Below, piece after piece: positions 13,401 to 24,544 of a stretch of DNA of 64,000 nucleotides (positions are counted from its first letter, which is position 1; the number at the start of each line of letters is the position of its first letter). The stretch covers positions 20,026,001-20,090,000 of the forward strand of contig NC_043007.1 of NCBI RefSeq assembly GCF_006345805.1. Direction: 5' to 3'. A program made the translations under genes and the position numbers. This DNA comes from Octopus sinensis (taxonomy: Eukaryota). The notes beneath the pieces were generated by a model, which was given only the letters and a program-made list of their open reading frames with translations, did not search any database and was not told where the DNA came from.

Positions 13401-14343
13401 TAACACCATTTCCACCTGAAGGAATGGTTGATACAGGGCTCTTTAGTTTATTCATGCTATTATCTGAAGCTGGATTAATTGAACTCAGTATGGGAGGTTG
13501 AGCCACTGGATGAACCTGAGGGGGACAGTAAGCACTAGAAGTAGGAACGGCTTCAGAAGTCCTTTGAATTATCAAATTATTATTACCAGCAACTAAGGTG
13601 CCATCTGTAGATGCTGTTACAACTGGTGTTTGAGTTATGTATGGAGACATAGGGTTATTATTTGGTTGTAATGCAACTGAAGATTGTTGTAGGGAACTAT
13701 TAGAACTCAGATGAGTATTAACAAGAGGAGTTGGAGGAAGCAATAGATTAGAGTGTCTTTCTAAGTTTCTTGATAACACTGGCTCAGAGCTTAAACACTG
13801 TTGATTGTTAGATATAGATACTGAACTGCTGACAGTATTAACTGAACTCAGGGGACTGCTTGCTGTACTAGCAGATACAACAGTTTGCTTGTTACTTAAA
13901 TAACTAGAAGGATAATTCAATGGTCTTGAACTACCAGAAACAAGATTTAAATCCTGTACTGTTGAGTCTGCTAAATTATTAGGATTAAGAGATAAAACTG
14001 GCTTATTAGGAAGATGACTTTGAACATTGGTTTGATGAGAATAATTAGAATCTCTCTGATGACTTGGCTCAGCAGTAATTTTCCTGGTGCTTTCATCATT
14101 GCTTTCCAACTGGTGACTAGGAGACTGATGCATAAAGTGGTCAGCAGCATTTGCTAACAAATGCATGTTGCAGTCAGTAACCTGATTACTTGAGGATCGT
14201 GTATCAGACGGGATTATCTTGCGAGTTTGATCCATTGATTCCTTTTGTTCAAATTCTAATTCATTTCTACGACCTCCAGAATCACAAAGGTCAAGATTAT
14301 CCGAAGGTTTGTTGTTATTTTTGAAAGTTGTGTCTTCTTCCAT
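2441..14343 (-). CDS. MBD-domain chromatin protein, spliced, 3'-incomplete: join(14343..11085,7227..7171,6599..6487,4119..4092,2855..2441), continues left of the window
   Basis: Five exons join in phase (1,1,0,1) at GT-AG sites. They give ...IYAPFEQGWRREVVIRSVYKEFTKLGKPKTAPADIYYYTPDNKKLRSMVQIVNYLEGKNTNLTVENFNFLRRP..., which matches the MBD fold pattern (GW.R....R, D.YY..P.GK..RS, F.F). Orthology not determined. Confidence 0.85.
3695..3739 (-). ncRNA. Degenerate hammerhead-like motif
   Basis: GGAUCA-CUGAUGGG-GUCACA(GAAG)UGUGAC-GAAA-GAAC-UC/UGGCC. Confidence 0.45.
4092..4119 (-). CDS. MBD gene micro-exon (28 nt), RSMVQIVNY(L)
   Basis: tttttttag| acceptor, |gtaagt donor, phase 0-1. It is exactly the missing MBD helix and is needed to join the phase-0 and phase-1 neighbours. 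Confidence 0.85.
4254..4625 (+). mobile_element. 3' fragment of a second CR1-like LINE family with (CTAA)n-like tail
   Basis: RLRGHSEKL...RRGAFSVWVADPWNKLPDEMV. Confidence 0.75.
5340..6002 (+). mobile_element. Degenerate mariner transposase C-terminal relic
   Basis: GIIHYEL...WEVLPHSPYSPD...DFHLF...NNGEYIID with stops and frameshifts; ends in a caacccaa TIR-like sequence. Confidence 0.85.
6487..6599 (-). CDS. MBD gene exon (113 nt), core of MBD: GWRREVVIRS...ADIYYYTPDNKKL
   Basis: Polypyrimidine tract + ctcctag| acceptor, |gtaatg donor, phase 1-0; MBD motif. Confidence 0.88.
7171..7227 (-). CDS. MBD gene exon (57 nt), (A)SKKCKEADSEKIYAPFEQ(G)
   Basis: ttttag| acceptor, |gtaaaa donor, phase 1-1; supplies the PFEQ immediately before GWRRE. 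Confidence 0.8.
7455..9278 (-). mobile_element. 5'-truncated Penelope-like retroelement (Neptune-type): RT C-terminal half + Cys-rich GIY-YIG endonuclease + 3' UTR with HHR-like motif
   Basis: ORF 8529-9233: GTAMGTRMAPSFANL, RYLDDCF, LPFLDI, SCHP. ORF 8027-8653: CGRPNCGIC...LIYTLTCSGCQEQYIGQT. The two ORFs are offset by a frameshift near a homopolymer at ~8585. Confidence 0.9.
7511..7552 (-). ncRNA. Hammerhead-like motif, U3:A8 variant, slightly degenerate, in PLE 3' UTR
   Basis: UACAG-UUGAAAA-GGUC(UCAAAAU)GACU-GAAA-CAGG-UA/CUGAA. Confidence 0.6.
9279..9392 (+). repeat. 114-bp inverted copy of PLE RT segment 9011-9124 at the element's 5' truncation point, fused to a SINE tail
   Basis: Reverse-complement identity apart from AAG/ATG (K/M); followed by cgatgctccagcatggccacagtc. 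Confidence 0.88.
10351..11044. mobile_element. piggyBac-type MITEs (10351-10568 and 10573-11044, the second interrupted by a SINE-like repeat)
   Basis: TTAA/CCCTTT-AAAGGG/TTAA termini. Confidence 0.8.
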
Positions 14344-14364
14344 GTTCAATTCATATACAGTTAT
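11085..14364 (-). CDS. MBD gene giant exon (3280 nt), low-complexity Ser/Thr/Asn-rich region; likely start ATG at 14343 (MEEDT...)
   Basis: Uninterrupted 1119-codon ORF; acceptor ttatttcag| at 14364; donor CCCACAG|gtaaga at 11085; ATG in strong context aacATGg; no TE insertions, unlike the flanks. Confidence 0.9.
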
Positions 14365-15620
14365 CTGAAATAAGGTTAAAATATGGAAACTGATAATATT
14401 TGTTTTCTCTAACATTAACGAAATTATTAATTAATAATGGCAAGCTTCTTTCATATGGAATACAATAAAATATGCTGCTAAAAAAATACAGTAAATTTAG
14501 AACATTTTAAGGATCTTTACCTTTTGACCAACAGATTTTTTAATAATTTTTTGTAAACAAACACTTTCACAGTCACATGTGTGACTATGAAGGTATATGG
14601 CCAAGTGGCTAGGGTGCTGCACTCAGAAATGCAAGGGTGTGGTTCCAATTCCCAGACCAGGTGGTGTGTTATTTCTTAAGCAAAACATTCCATTTCACAT
14701 TGTAACATCACGTAGTAACATTTCTTTGTTTTTACCACTGAAGGCAAGTGTAACCAATGCTATTGTGAACACACTGGCACTCGTGCCCCATGCCAGTAGG
14801 GTGCTAAGAGCACCATCCGAGCGTGACCGTTGCCAGAGCGGCTAACTGGCTTCCGTGCCAGTGGCATGTAGGAGGCACCATTCAAGCGAGATCGTTACCA
14901 GCATCGCCTTACTGGCACCCGTGCTGTTGGCATGTGCAAAAGATTCGAGCAAGGTTGTCAAGCAATGCTAGGGGGACAAACACAGACACACAAACACACA
15001 CACATATATATATATACATATATACGACGGGCTTCTTTCAGTTTCCGTCTACCAAATCCACTCACAAGGCTTTGGTCGACCCGAGGCTATAGTAGAAGAC
15101 ACTTGCCCCAAGGTGCCACGCAGTGGGACTGAACCCGGAACCATTTGGTTGGTAAACAAGCTACTTACCACAGCCACTCCTGCGCCTATCTTTCAATTCT
15201 AAATTCATTTCATCTTCAGCTTACTGTTACTAACTGCTCATTTATACTGAAGAGGACAATTTTCATCTGAGAAAGATTTGCTGTTCATACCTATTTACTG
15301 ATCTTATTTTCTGCTAAATACAAAATCTGATTCTCAAAACCACATGAAAAGTAGTGAGTAGTTGGTCGGCCGACTGGCTTTCTTAAATTTGCCTTCTCAA
15401 TAATGATCAGGTTTATTTTTTTCACATCACAGACCCCTGTAATCAACCAACCCCTCCTCCAAAATTGCTGCCCTTGTGGCAAAATTTGAAACCATTACTA
15501 TTATTATTATCATTATTATTATTATTTATTAAAGAGAAGAGAAAACAGTTTGCATCCTTACATTTATTCTTTGTTTGCCATGGTGTTGGATAAGTTTAAA
15601 ATAGTCTTAATCTTATTTAA

Positions 15621-16207
15621 CCCTTTCGTTACTGTATTTAATTTGAGATGCTCTGTGTTTCTTCCAATTATTTTAAATATAACAAAGAATATAGTAAAAT
15701 AACTTAGTTATCATTCAGCTAGTGTTAGGGACATAAATTGTGACTAAGGTTTGGTGGAAGATTTTAATTCAGAAATTTTGAAAACAAGACATTTGTACTA
15801 CAGAGCCAGAGCTGGTTTCAGCCATTTGAGATGCTCTGTGTTTCTTTCAATTACTTTAAATATAACAAAGAATTTAGAAAAATAACTTAGTTATCATTCA
15901 GCTAGTGTTAGGGACATAAATTGTGACTAAGGTTTGGTGGAAGGTTTTAATTCAGAAATTTTGAAAACCAGACATTTGTACTAAAGAGCCAGAGCCGGTT
16001 TCAGCCATTTGAGATGCTCTGTGTTTCTTTCAATTACTTTAAATATAACAAAGAATTTAGAAAAATAACTTAGTTATCATTCAGCTAGTGTTAGGGACAT
16101 AAATTGTGACTAAGGTTTGGTGGAAGGTTTTAATTCAGAAATTTTGAAAACCAGACATTTGTACTAAAGAGCCAGAGCCGGTTTCAGCCGGGTTGGTAAC
16201 GAAAGGG
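15621..16207. mobile_element. piggyBac-type MITE with three internal ~176-bp tandem units
   Basis: TTAA TSD, CCCTTTCG/CGAAAGGG TIR, repeated internal unit. Confidence 0.85.
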
Positions 16208-17174
16208 TTAAACATGGTAATTTCTCAGCCCTCTTTTCAATCCTTATAGCAGCATCACCACCACTATGAGAGATACACTGGATTAGATCAACGCAATTAA
16301 TTATTTCTGTCAATCCTGATTAGGATGCTAAACACCAGAACGTAAGATTAACCAGTCATCAACAAGTTGACAGAGGAGCCTCTGGATAATTGTTCAAACT
16401 GCTAAAAATAGTACCCAACAGGCTTACAAAAAGACAAGCTGGATGCAACCTTGGATTTTCTGCACACATAGCCAAGTCAATGCTGCAATGCTTTTGATCA
16501 CTGGTCTGTTCGATCAAGGTTAACTATTTTAAGATAAATAAGGCGGTGAGCTGGCAGAACCGTTAGCACGCCGGGCGAAATGCTTAGCAGTATTTTGTCT
16601 GACGTTCTGAGTTCAAATTCCGGCGAGGTCGACTTTGCCTTTCATCATTTCGGGGGTCGATTAAAAAAGTACCAGTCATGCACTGGGGTCGATGTAATCG
16701 ACTTAATACCTATGTCTGTCCTTGTTTGTCCCCTCTGTGTTTAGCGCCTTGTGGGTAGTAAAGAAATAGGTATTTCGTCTGCCTCTACGTTCTGAGTTCA
16801 AATTCCGCCGAGGTTGACTTAGCCTTTCATCCTTTCGGGGTCAATTAAATAAGTACCAGTTACGCACTGGGGTCGATGTAATCGACTTAATCCGTTTGTC
16901 TGTCCTTGTTTGTCCCCTCTGTGTTTAGCCCCTTGTGGCTAGTAAAGAAATGGGTTAACTATTTTACTTGTGACATAATTCCGTTATTATATTCTTTAAA
17001 TGATGATTATAATACATATGTGAATATAAGTATCCACATAAATTCAAATTGGCATAATCTGTTTCCTCTTGGGTGACTGCAAAATGGATAACTTAAAATA
17101 ACATTTGCAGATGGCGCTGACAAATATATCGGAATTTCATGCGAAAACAAAACAAAAAAATAATTGGTGTGAGG

Positions 17175-17541
17175 CGGATAATTCACACACCCCATTAGAA
17201 CGTATGAGGAAACAAAGTCAAGGTGCATAAATTATCCAACCCCCTACTCAATTTACAAAAAAAAAAGAAAACATTATATGAAATTCTGACATATTTGTAA
17301 TCTACCCCCATCTGAATTGGGCGTAACTTCGGTATAGGTACCGGATACATTTCAAAAAGTGTTTTTTTTATATGTATGGGGGGGGGTAGGGTTTGTGTTA
17401 GGGTTAGGGGTTGGAGAAAAGGGTTTCTGTTACGGTACCTATACCGAAGGATCGCCCTGAATTGTATTAAGAAAATTTTGTTTAAAAATGTCGTTCTCAG
17501 AACGTTATAAAAAAAGCAAATCAAGGACTGTGAATTATCCG
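17175..17541. repeat. Nested inverted-repeat element with a few TTAGGG-like units
   Basis: Outer IR cggataattcaca (17175-17187 / 17529-17541); inner IR cttcggtataggtaccg (17327-17343 / 17433-17449). Confidence 0.6.
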
Positions 17542-19741
17542 AAACTTCTCTCCAACTCTCCGGAAAACAAAACAAACTTCGCAACAAAATTCCGGTATAA
17601 TCTTAATCTACACCTAAAACGTATCTCTTGAAAATTTCATTAAAAAAATGTGCATTTTTCAAAAAGTTACTAAAAAACAAAATCAAGCGGCCCACATCTG
17701 TAGTTGTGTCCTCAAATTTTACTGGAAATGGTGAAACCTAAAAATTAAACACGGCCAAAACTAATTTTCAAAACAACTCGTCTTTCGTTGCTAGACAAAA
17801 CCTACAGGAGCGCAAGTAATGATTTTAAAACCTTAAGCAGTTTCTTTCACCTTAGCCTATAATCACCCCGTTTTAGTGTTATAACAGTTAATCCTTTTAT
17901 TTTATCCGACGGAATGTATGAATAAAATAAGGAGTTTAAATTCTTTTTCCACGTGGTACAAAATGAACAGTTGTTTTGTTTTACTTCTAAACTTCTCTTT
18001 GTCCAAATTTTCATAAAGTATGATAAACTCTGACTTCTAACAAACGCAAGGCTTCACATTTTAGGAGGAAAAAAAACGATTAGATCGACCCCGCTGCTTG
18101 AATGTCACTTTATTTTACAGACCCTGGGGGACGAAAGTTTGAAATTCAAAAGACAAAGGGCAAAAAAAAAATTATTATTTCTAGACACAGGTCCTGAAAT
18201 TTGAGGGAGCAGCTTTGTCGGTGACATCGACGCCAGTATCTGACTGATACTATGTTCTATTGACCCCCGAAAGAACGAAAGTCAAGTTGACCTCGATGGG
18301 AGCTGAATTCAGGGAACGTTAAGAGCAGGAACATAGTAGTAGTAGTAGTCCTTTGTCATAGGCACAAAGCCTGAAATTTTGGGGGAGGGGACCAGACGAT
18401 TACATCGACACCAGTGTTTCACTGGTCCTTAATTCATCGACCCCGAAAGGATGAAAGGCAAAGTCGACCTCGGCGGAATTTGAACTAAGAACGTAGCGGC
18501 AGACGAAATACCGCTAAGCATTTCGCTCAAATAATAATAATAATAATAATCATAGTTTCTAATCTTGGCACAATGCCAGCAATTTCAGGGACGGAGGTAA
18601 GTCACATCGACCGCAGTTTTTAATTGGAACTCATTTCAACGACCCTCGAAAGGATGAAATCGAAGTCGACCTCCGTGGAATATGAACTCAGAACGTAAAG
18701 ACGGACGAAATGCCGCTAAACATTTTGTTCGACATACCAACGATTCTGCCAGCTCGAATAATAATAATAATAAAAATACTTTCTACTATAGGCACAAGGC
18801 CTGAAATGTTGGGAGACGTGGCTAGTGGATAACATCATCTCCCGTATTGATTGGTACTATATTTTAACGGCCCCGAAAAGACGAAAGGGAAAGTTGACCT
18901 CAGCAGTATTTGAACTCGGAACGTAAAGATCCGGAACCGGAACACAATAATAATTGTTTACATGTGGTGCCCTCTGTTAATTGTTTATTTTTTTACTAAT
19001 AACGATCTCTATTTCACTGGCCAAATGAAGCAAATAAATTAGAAACAATAAAGGCATGAATTTTTTTAAAACGTGGAGCATTTACATCGGGTGAAAACGG
19101 AGGTCAACATTAACAATAGAGGTATTGACAAAAAGAGAGAGAGAGAAAGAGACAGAGCAATAACAACGCAGAACAAGCACCTTCAAGTTGTTATCGGTGA
19201 TTCACTACACCCCACTACCAATCTACCCAAGCGCCTTCTCGTAGTCCTTGCCGCCAACTTAACACCCCCATAAGAGTAGGGACCAATTAGCCACATCAAT
19301 TTCGTCGCATTTCATAATTACTGCAACTTCATGATAATTAACTGCAATTGTTAAAAGGGCAACGCCTTCTAGTCCCGCCATAATTTTCCACTTCCAGTTA
19401 CGAGCTGGAAGAAGTTTGATGATAGATTGCCCCGAGAGGCAAAGCAGTCCTCAAACCATTCAACCGTGTCCACCCCATATCTTCCACTAGACAGAGGGAG
19501 ACTACCCTATCTTCACTGCTAAAAGACACTAGGTCGATATTCACCATAGACTCGACTGGTAGTCGGATCCGTTCCGCATAATATCAATAATAATACTAAC
19601 ATCACCCAAGAGTAGTAATAATGATGAACTTTATTATAAATAAAAGAAGCGCAATTAATCCTTAACATAGCATTTCACTGTTCTGCAAAACTGAACGAGG
19701 AAGCGTGCTGAATCGTGCACCTCCTGTCTTTATTATAAACA

Positions 19742-19780
<39 letters not shown>

Positions 19781-20510
19781 CCGAAATTGCGAGGATGACC
19801 CGGTTCTTGAATGAAGATTAGAGGCTTCGAATGACCCGTCCGTGTTTTTTGTATCGTCTATTTGGATGTTTTGCGCTCTTGTCCCATTTTGTATTTGATA
19901 TATATATATATATAATATATATATATACATACCGGAGTAAGCACAAATGTGTATATATACATATATATATATACCGGAGTAAACACATAAATGTGTGTGT
20001 ATATATATATATGTGTGCGTAATTGTGATGAAGAAGGGAGAGTAACTGGTCGTTTTTTTGTTTTTAATTGGAGTACACTTAGTTAATGCTTCTTAAATAT
20101 CGGATAAACATATTAGCAGGTTTTCGAATTAGGGATCTGATCGAAGTATAAACACAAAAAAATATACTGGATTTGTTAAATGTATGAAGAAGGTAGCAAA
20201 ACAATAAAAGGTTGGATTATAAAAAAAAAAGACACAACTAAAAAAAAGCCAAGTGTCGGGAGCGCCATCTATAGAGGAAAACCAGGTTGACAAGACATGA
20301 GTGTAATTATAATATTGTAAACAATAATAAAAGATTCTGGTTCATTCAAGCATTTTTTAATGATGAGAGTTAAATTGCTAAGTTTAAAAAGTAACACATA
20401 TTGTATGTATATTTGTATAAAATAGAGAAAACGGGATAATAAAACAAGTGGGGGTTTTTTAGGGATTTTTTTTATAGATATTATATCAACCTCTTCATGA
20501 GAGTGACATT

Positions 20511-21745
20511 GTGTATTTCTAATTAATTATCTTGTTAGGAAGGGGTTTATTATTATTTTGGGGGGAAGAGGAAAGAAACAGTTATTTAATTGCATCCTAA
20601 GCCAGTTTGAGACGGGATTTTAAAGTAAGAAAGAGTTTACCATTGTAAACAGTGAAATGTGACATCAGATGTAATTTAAGGGGCAGAGTGGAAACTTGGT
20701 GTATTTCTAATTAACTATCTTGTTCGGAAATGGTTTATTTTTTAGAAGGGGGAAGAAACAGCTATTTAAATGCATCTAAGCCAGTCTGAGACGGGATTCT
20801 AAAGTAAGAAAGGGCTACCATTGTCATCAGGTGTAATTTAAGGGACATAGTGTAAACTTTGTGTATTTCTATCTAATTAATCAACTATCTTGTTAGGAAG
20901 GGGTTTATTATTTTTTGGGGAAGAGGAAAGAAACAGTTATTTAATTGCATCTAAGCCAGTTTGATATGGGATTTTAAAGTAAGAAAGGGCTACCATTGTC
21001 ATCAGGTGTAATTGAAGGGGCATAGTGGAAACTTTGTGTATTTCTAATTAACTATTTTGTTAGGAAAGGGTTTATTATTATTTTTTGGGGAAGAGGAAAG
21101 AAACAGTTATTTAATTGCATCTAAGCCAGTTTGATATGGGATTTTAAAGTAAGAAAGGGCTACCATTGTCATCAGGTGTAATTGAAGGGGCATAGTGGAA
21201 ACTTTGTGTATTTCTAATTAATTAACTATCTTGTTAGGAAAGGGTTTATTATTTTTGGGGGGAAGAGGAAAGAAACTATTTAAATGCATCCTAAGCCAGT
21301 TTGAGATGGGATTTAAAATAAGAAAGGGCTACCATTGTCATCAGATGTAATTTAAGGGGCGTAGTGGAAACTTGGTGCATTTCTAATTAATTAACTATCT
21401 TGTTAGCAAGGGGTTTATTATTATTTTTTAGAAGAAACAGCTATTGAAATGCATCCTAAGCCAGTCTGAGATGGGATTTTAAAGTAAGAAAGGGTTTACC
21501 ATTGTAAACAGTGAAATGTGACATCAGTTGTAATTTAAGGGGCAGAGTGGAAACTTTGTGTATTTCTAATTAATTAACTATCTTGTAAGGAAGGGGTTTG
21601 TTATTATTTTTTAGAAGGGGGAAGAAACAGCTATTTAATTGCATCCTAAGCCAGTTTGAGACAGGATTCTAAAGTAAGAAAGGGCTTCCCTTGTAAACAG
21701 CGAAATGTGACATAAGATGTAATTTAAGGGTCATAGTGGAAACAT
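20511..21745. repeat. Tandem repeat, 7 units of ~162-188 bp
   Basis: Units start with gtgtatttct (one variant gtgcatttct) at 20511, 20699, 20861, 21036, 21206, 21375, 21558. Confidence 0.92.
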
Positions 21746-22154
21746 CAGTGTCAACAGGATAACAAATATGGATACGGTTTAAAGCCGCGAGGGTGTTAAT
21801 AAAGGACCGAGGAGCATCCCATGCCGGCGACTTCGTTCTATCGATTGTTATTGCAAACAACAGGAATGATGTGAAGAATATGGCAAGCCTTTTGGTTGAG
21901 GCAGAGCGTAAAGAATAATGGTGAGTATAGATATAGTTACCCCGAATCGGATCTTCGAAGAATGTCGATGAAATTAAGGACAATAATGTTACAGAAACAT
22001 TATAAACAAAGACAAATGGCAAATTTCCTGACACGCCATTATAATTCCGGTGAATCGTAGTATCGTCCTGTCACGTGAGGGTTCGTGACGATAACGATTA
22101 CATATTACGGAAGGCCAAAAGCGACACTATATATATATACATACATACATATTA

Positions 22155-23685
22155 TCATTTATATATAAAACTGTAGTTGTGTGAGTGTCTGTCTCCTACG
22201 ATTTAGATTCCTAACTACTCCCACATTTTGCGGTGCAGTTTAACCAAATTCGGGTATCTTATAGTCGTGATTCATATCGAGCCCGTCTGCGTATTAGCGC
22301 GCGTCTACGATTTTAAAAATAATTTAACATCATTTTTTATTCCATTTTAATGCATAATTTTTCGTGTGTCGATGGCGGCGGAGTTGGCGTCCATGGTCAC
22401 ACCTGCGCCTGTTTGCTTCTCCCCCTTCTTCCCTCCCTCGTGAAGCTGTGGGGAAAGGGGTGTAAGGAAATCAACGTCGTAAAGCGTTGTCAAGGAGACC
22501 AGCGTTCTTTTAGAACAACGACTTCATGGCTTGAAGACACCAAAACAGAAATGGCTAAGAAAGCTCGAATTGGCATCTATAAGGGAAGTAACTCTCTAAA
22601 AATGCTTATATAGTTATTTCCCTTACAAACCCGAGCAACGCCGGGCGATACTGCTAGTCTATATATATAAAATTGTAGTTGTGTGAGTGTCTGTCTCCTA
22701 CGATTTAGATTCCTAACTACTCCCACATTTTGCGGTGCAGTTTAACCAAACTCGGGTATCTTATAGTCGTGATTCATATCGAGCCCGTCTGGGTATTAGC
22801 GCGCGTCTACGATGAGTCTACGATTTTAAAAATAATTTAACATCATTTTTTATTCCATTTTAATGCATATTTTTTCGTGTGTCGATGGCGGCGGAGTTGG
22901 CGTCCACGCTCACACCTGCACCTGTGGGGAAGGGAGTGTAAGGAAATCAACGTCGTAAAGCGGTGTCAAGGACCCAGCGTTCTTTTAGAACAACGACTTC
23001 ATGGCTTGAAGACACCAAAACAGAAATGGCTAAGAAAGCGTCTACATGAGTCTACGATTTAAAAAAAAAATTACCATCATTTTTTCCATTTTAATGCATT
23101 TTTTCGCTATTATATAAGGGAAGTAACTCTCTAAAAATGTCTACGATGAGTCAACGATTTAAAAAAAAAATTACCATCATTTTTTATTCCATTTTTAATG
23201 CATTTTTTTGCTATAACTCTCTAAAAATGCTTATATAGTTATTTCCCTTACAAACCCGAGCAACGCCGGGCGATAGTGCTAGTCTTTATATATAAAAGTA
23301 ATAAAACTAAGGTTGTGTGTCTGTCTCCTACGATTTAGATTCCTTACTCCCACATTTTGCGGTGCAGTTTAACCAAAACCAGGTATCTTATAGTCGTGAT
23401 TCATATCGAGCCCTTCTGGGTATTAGCACGCGTCTACGATGAGTCTACGATTTTAAAAAAAAATTTACCATCATTTTTTCCATTTTGATGCATTTTTTTC
23501 GCTATTATATAAGGGAAGTAACTCTCTAAAAATGTCTACGATGAGTCAACGATTTAAAAAAAAATTTACCATCTTTTTTTTCCATTTTTAATGCATTTTT
23601 TGCTATTTTTTGGCTATAACTCTCTAAAAATGCTTATATAGTTATTTCCCTTACAAACCCGAGCAACGCCGGGTGATACTGCTAG
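22155..23685 (+). mobile_element. Tandem array of three non-autonomous Helitrons (22155-22657, 22658-23282, 23283-23685)
   Basis: TC(TA)nAAA 5' ends, subterminal CCCGAGCAACGCCGGG hairpin, CTAG 3' ends, direct CTAG|TC junctions, final CTAG followed by T. Confidence 0.88.
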
Positions 23686-23799
23686 TATATATATATAAGT
23701 TCAGCAAAAGTTTAGATTCAAATGAATATGGTACTTAATTTAGATGCACCAGAATTCTGTATAGTGTTATCCATAAAAATCCGTGGGCTGATTATAATC

Positions 23800-24042
23800 A
23801 AAATAAGCAACAATAATGACTCCGGTAATTTGGTACGATCGTTTCGTACTACATCATTTTATTAAATGTTGTAAGTATTACAACAGTTTTAAAATGCTGA
23901 GCACTCATTAATGGAAAACCTCTATAATTGGCTGATGAGTGCTCAGCATTTTAAAACTGTTGTAATACTTACAACATTTAATAAAATGATGTAGTACGAA
24001 ACGATCGTACCAATTACCAGAGTCATTCTTGTTGCTCATTTT
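23800..24042. repeat. Fold-back inverted duplication (~110-bp arms, ~22-nt spacer) containing a hammerhead, between (TA)n tracts
   Basis: 23800-23910 is the near-exact reverse complement of 23933-24042. Confidence 0.9.
23925..24016 (+). ncRNA. Type I hammerhead ribozyme with canonical core and 59-nt stem II
   Basis: UAAUUGG-CUGAUGA-[stem II 23939-23997]-GAAA-CGAUCG-UA/CCAAUUA; 7-bp stem I, palindromic ACGAUCGU stem III. Confidence 0.8.
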
Positions 24043-24047
24043 CACAC

Positions 24048-24128
<81 letters not shown>

Positions 24129-24506
24129 CGCTTATATATATACATATATAATAATTATTATTTGAGGGAATAAAATCCAAACTTACAAGGAAAAAGAATT
24201 CAATTTAGAAATACTAAATCAAATTCCACACAATATAATAAATATATAAAAAAATATTAGAAAAAACCCCACCTTTTATCAATTCAAAATGAATAATTAA
24301 ATTACACCATCTAGAAAATTATATATAATAGAAAGTTAAAATTAAAATAACAATAAAAAGTAAAGATTAAGTAAATTACAAAAAATAATAAAAGATATAT
24401 TTATATGGAAATGATTTCTCTACTACTATAATGATTTCTTAAATATAGCAACGAAACACGTGTCAAGTTTTTCTACCTATTATATACATTTTTATTATTT
24501 TTCTAA

Positions 24507-24535
<29 letters not shown>

Positions 24536-24544
<9 letters not shown>

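Noticed and set aside
14344-14415. ORF-track start MLEKTNIISFHILTLFQ of the 1119-aa ORF
   Set aside because: This stretch is the intron polypyrimidine tract and acceptor up to 14365; the in-exon ATG at 14343 has the better context
17385-17415. Interstitial telomere
   Set aside because: Only two or three imperfect TTAGGG units inside an IR element
19770-19840. atgaaga...ggcttcgaa in a (TA)n-flanked repeat as another hammerhead
   Set aside because: Core and stem II are too incomplete to support a fold
21760-21920. Coding-like stretch (WIRFKAARVLIKDRGASHAGDF...) after the tandem array
   Set aside because: No start or splice context and no family recognised
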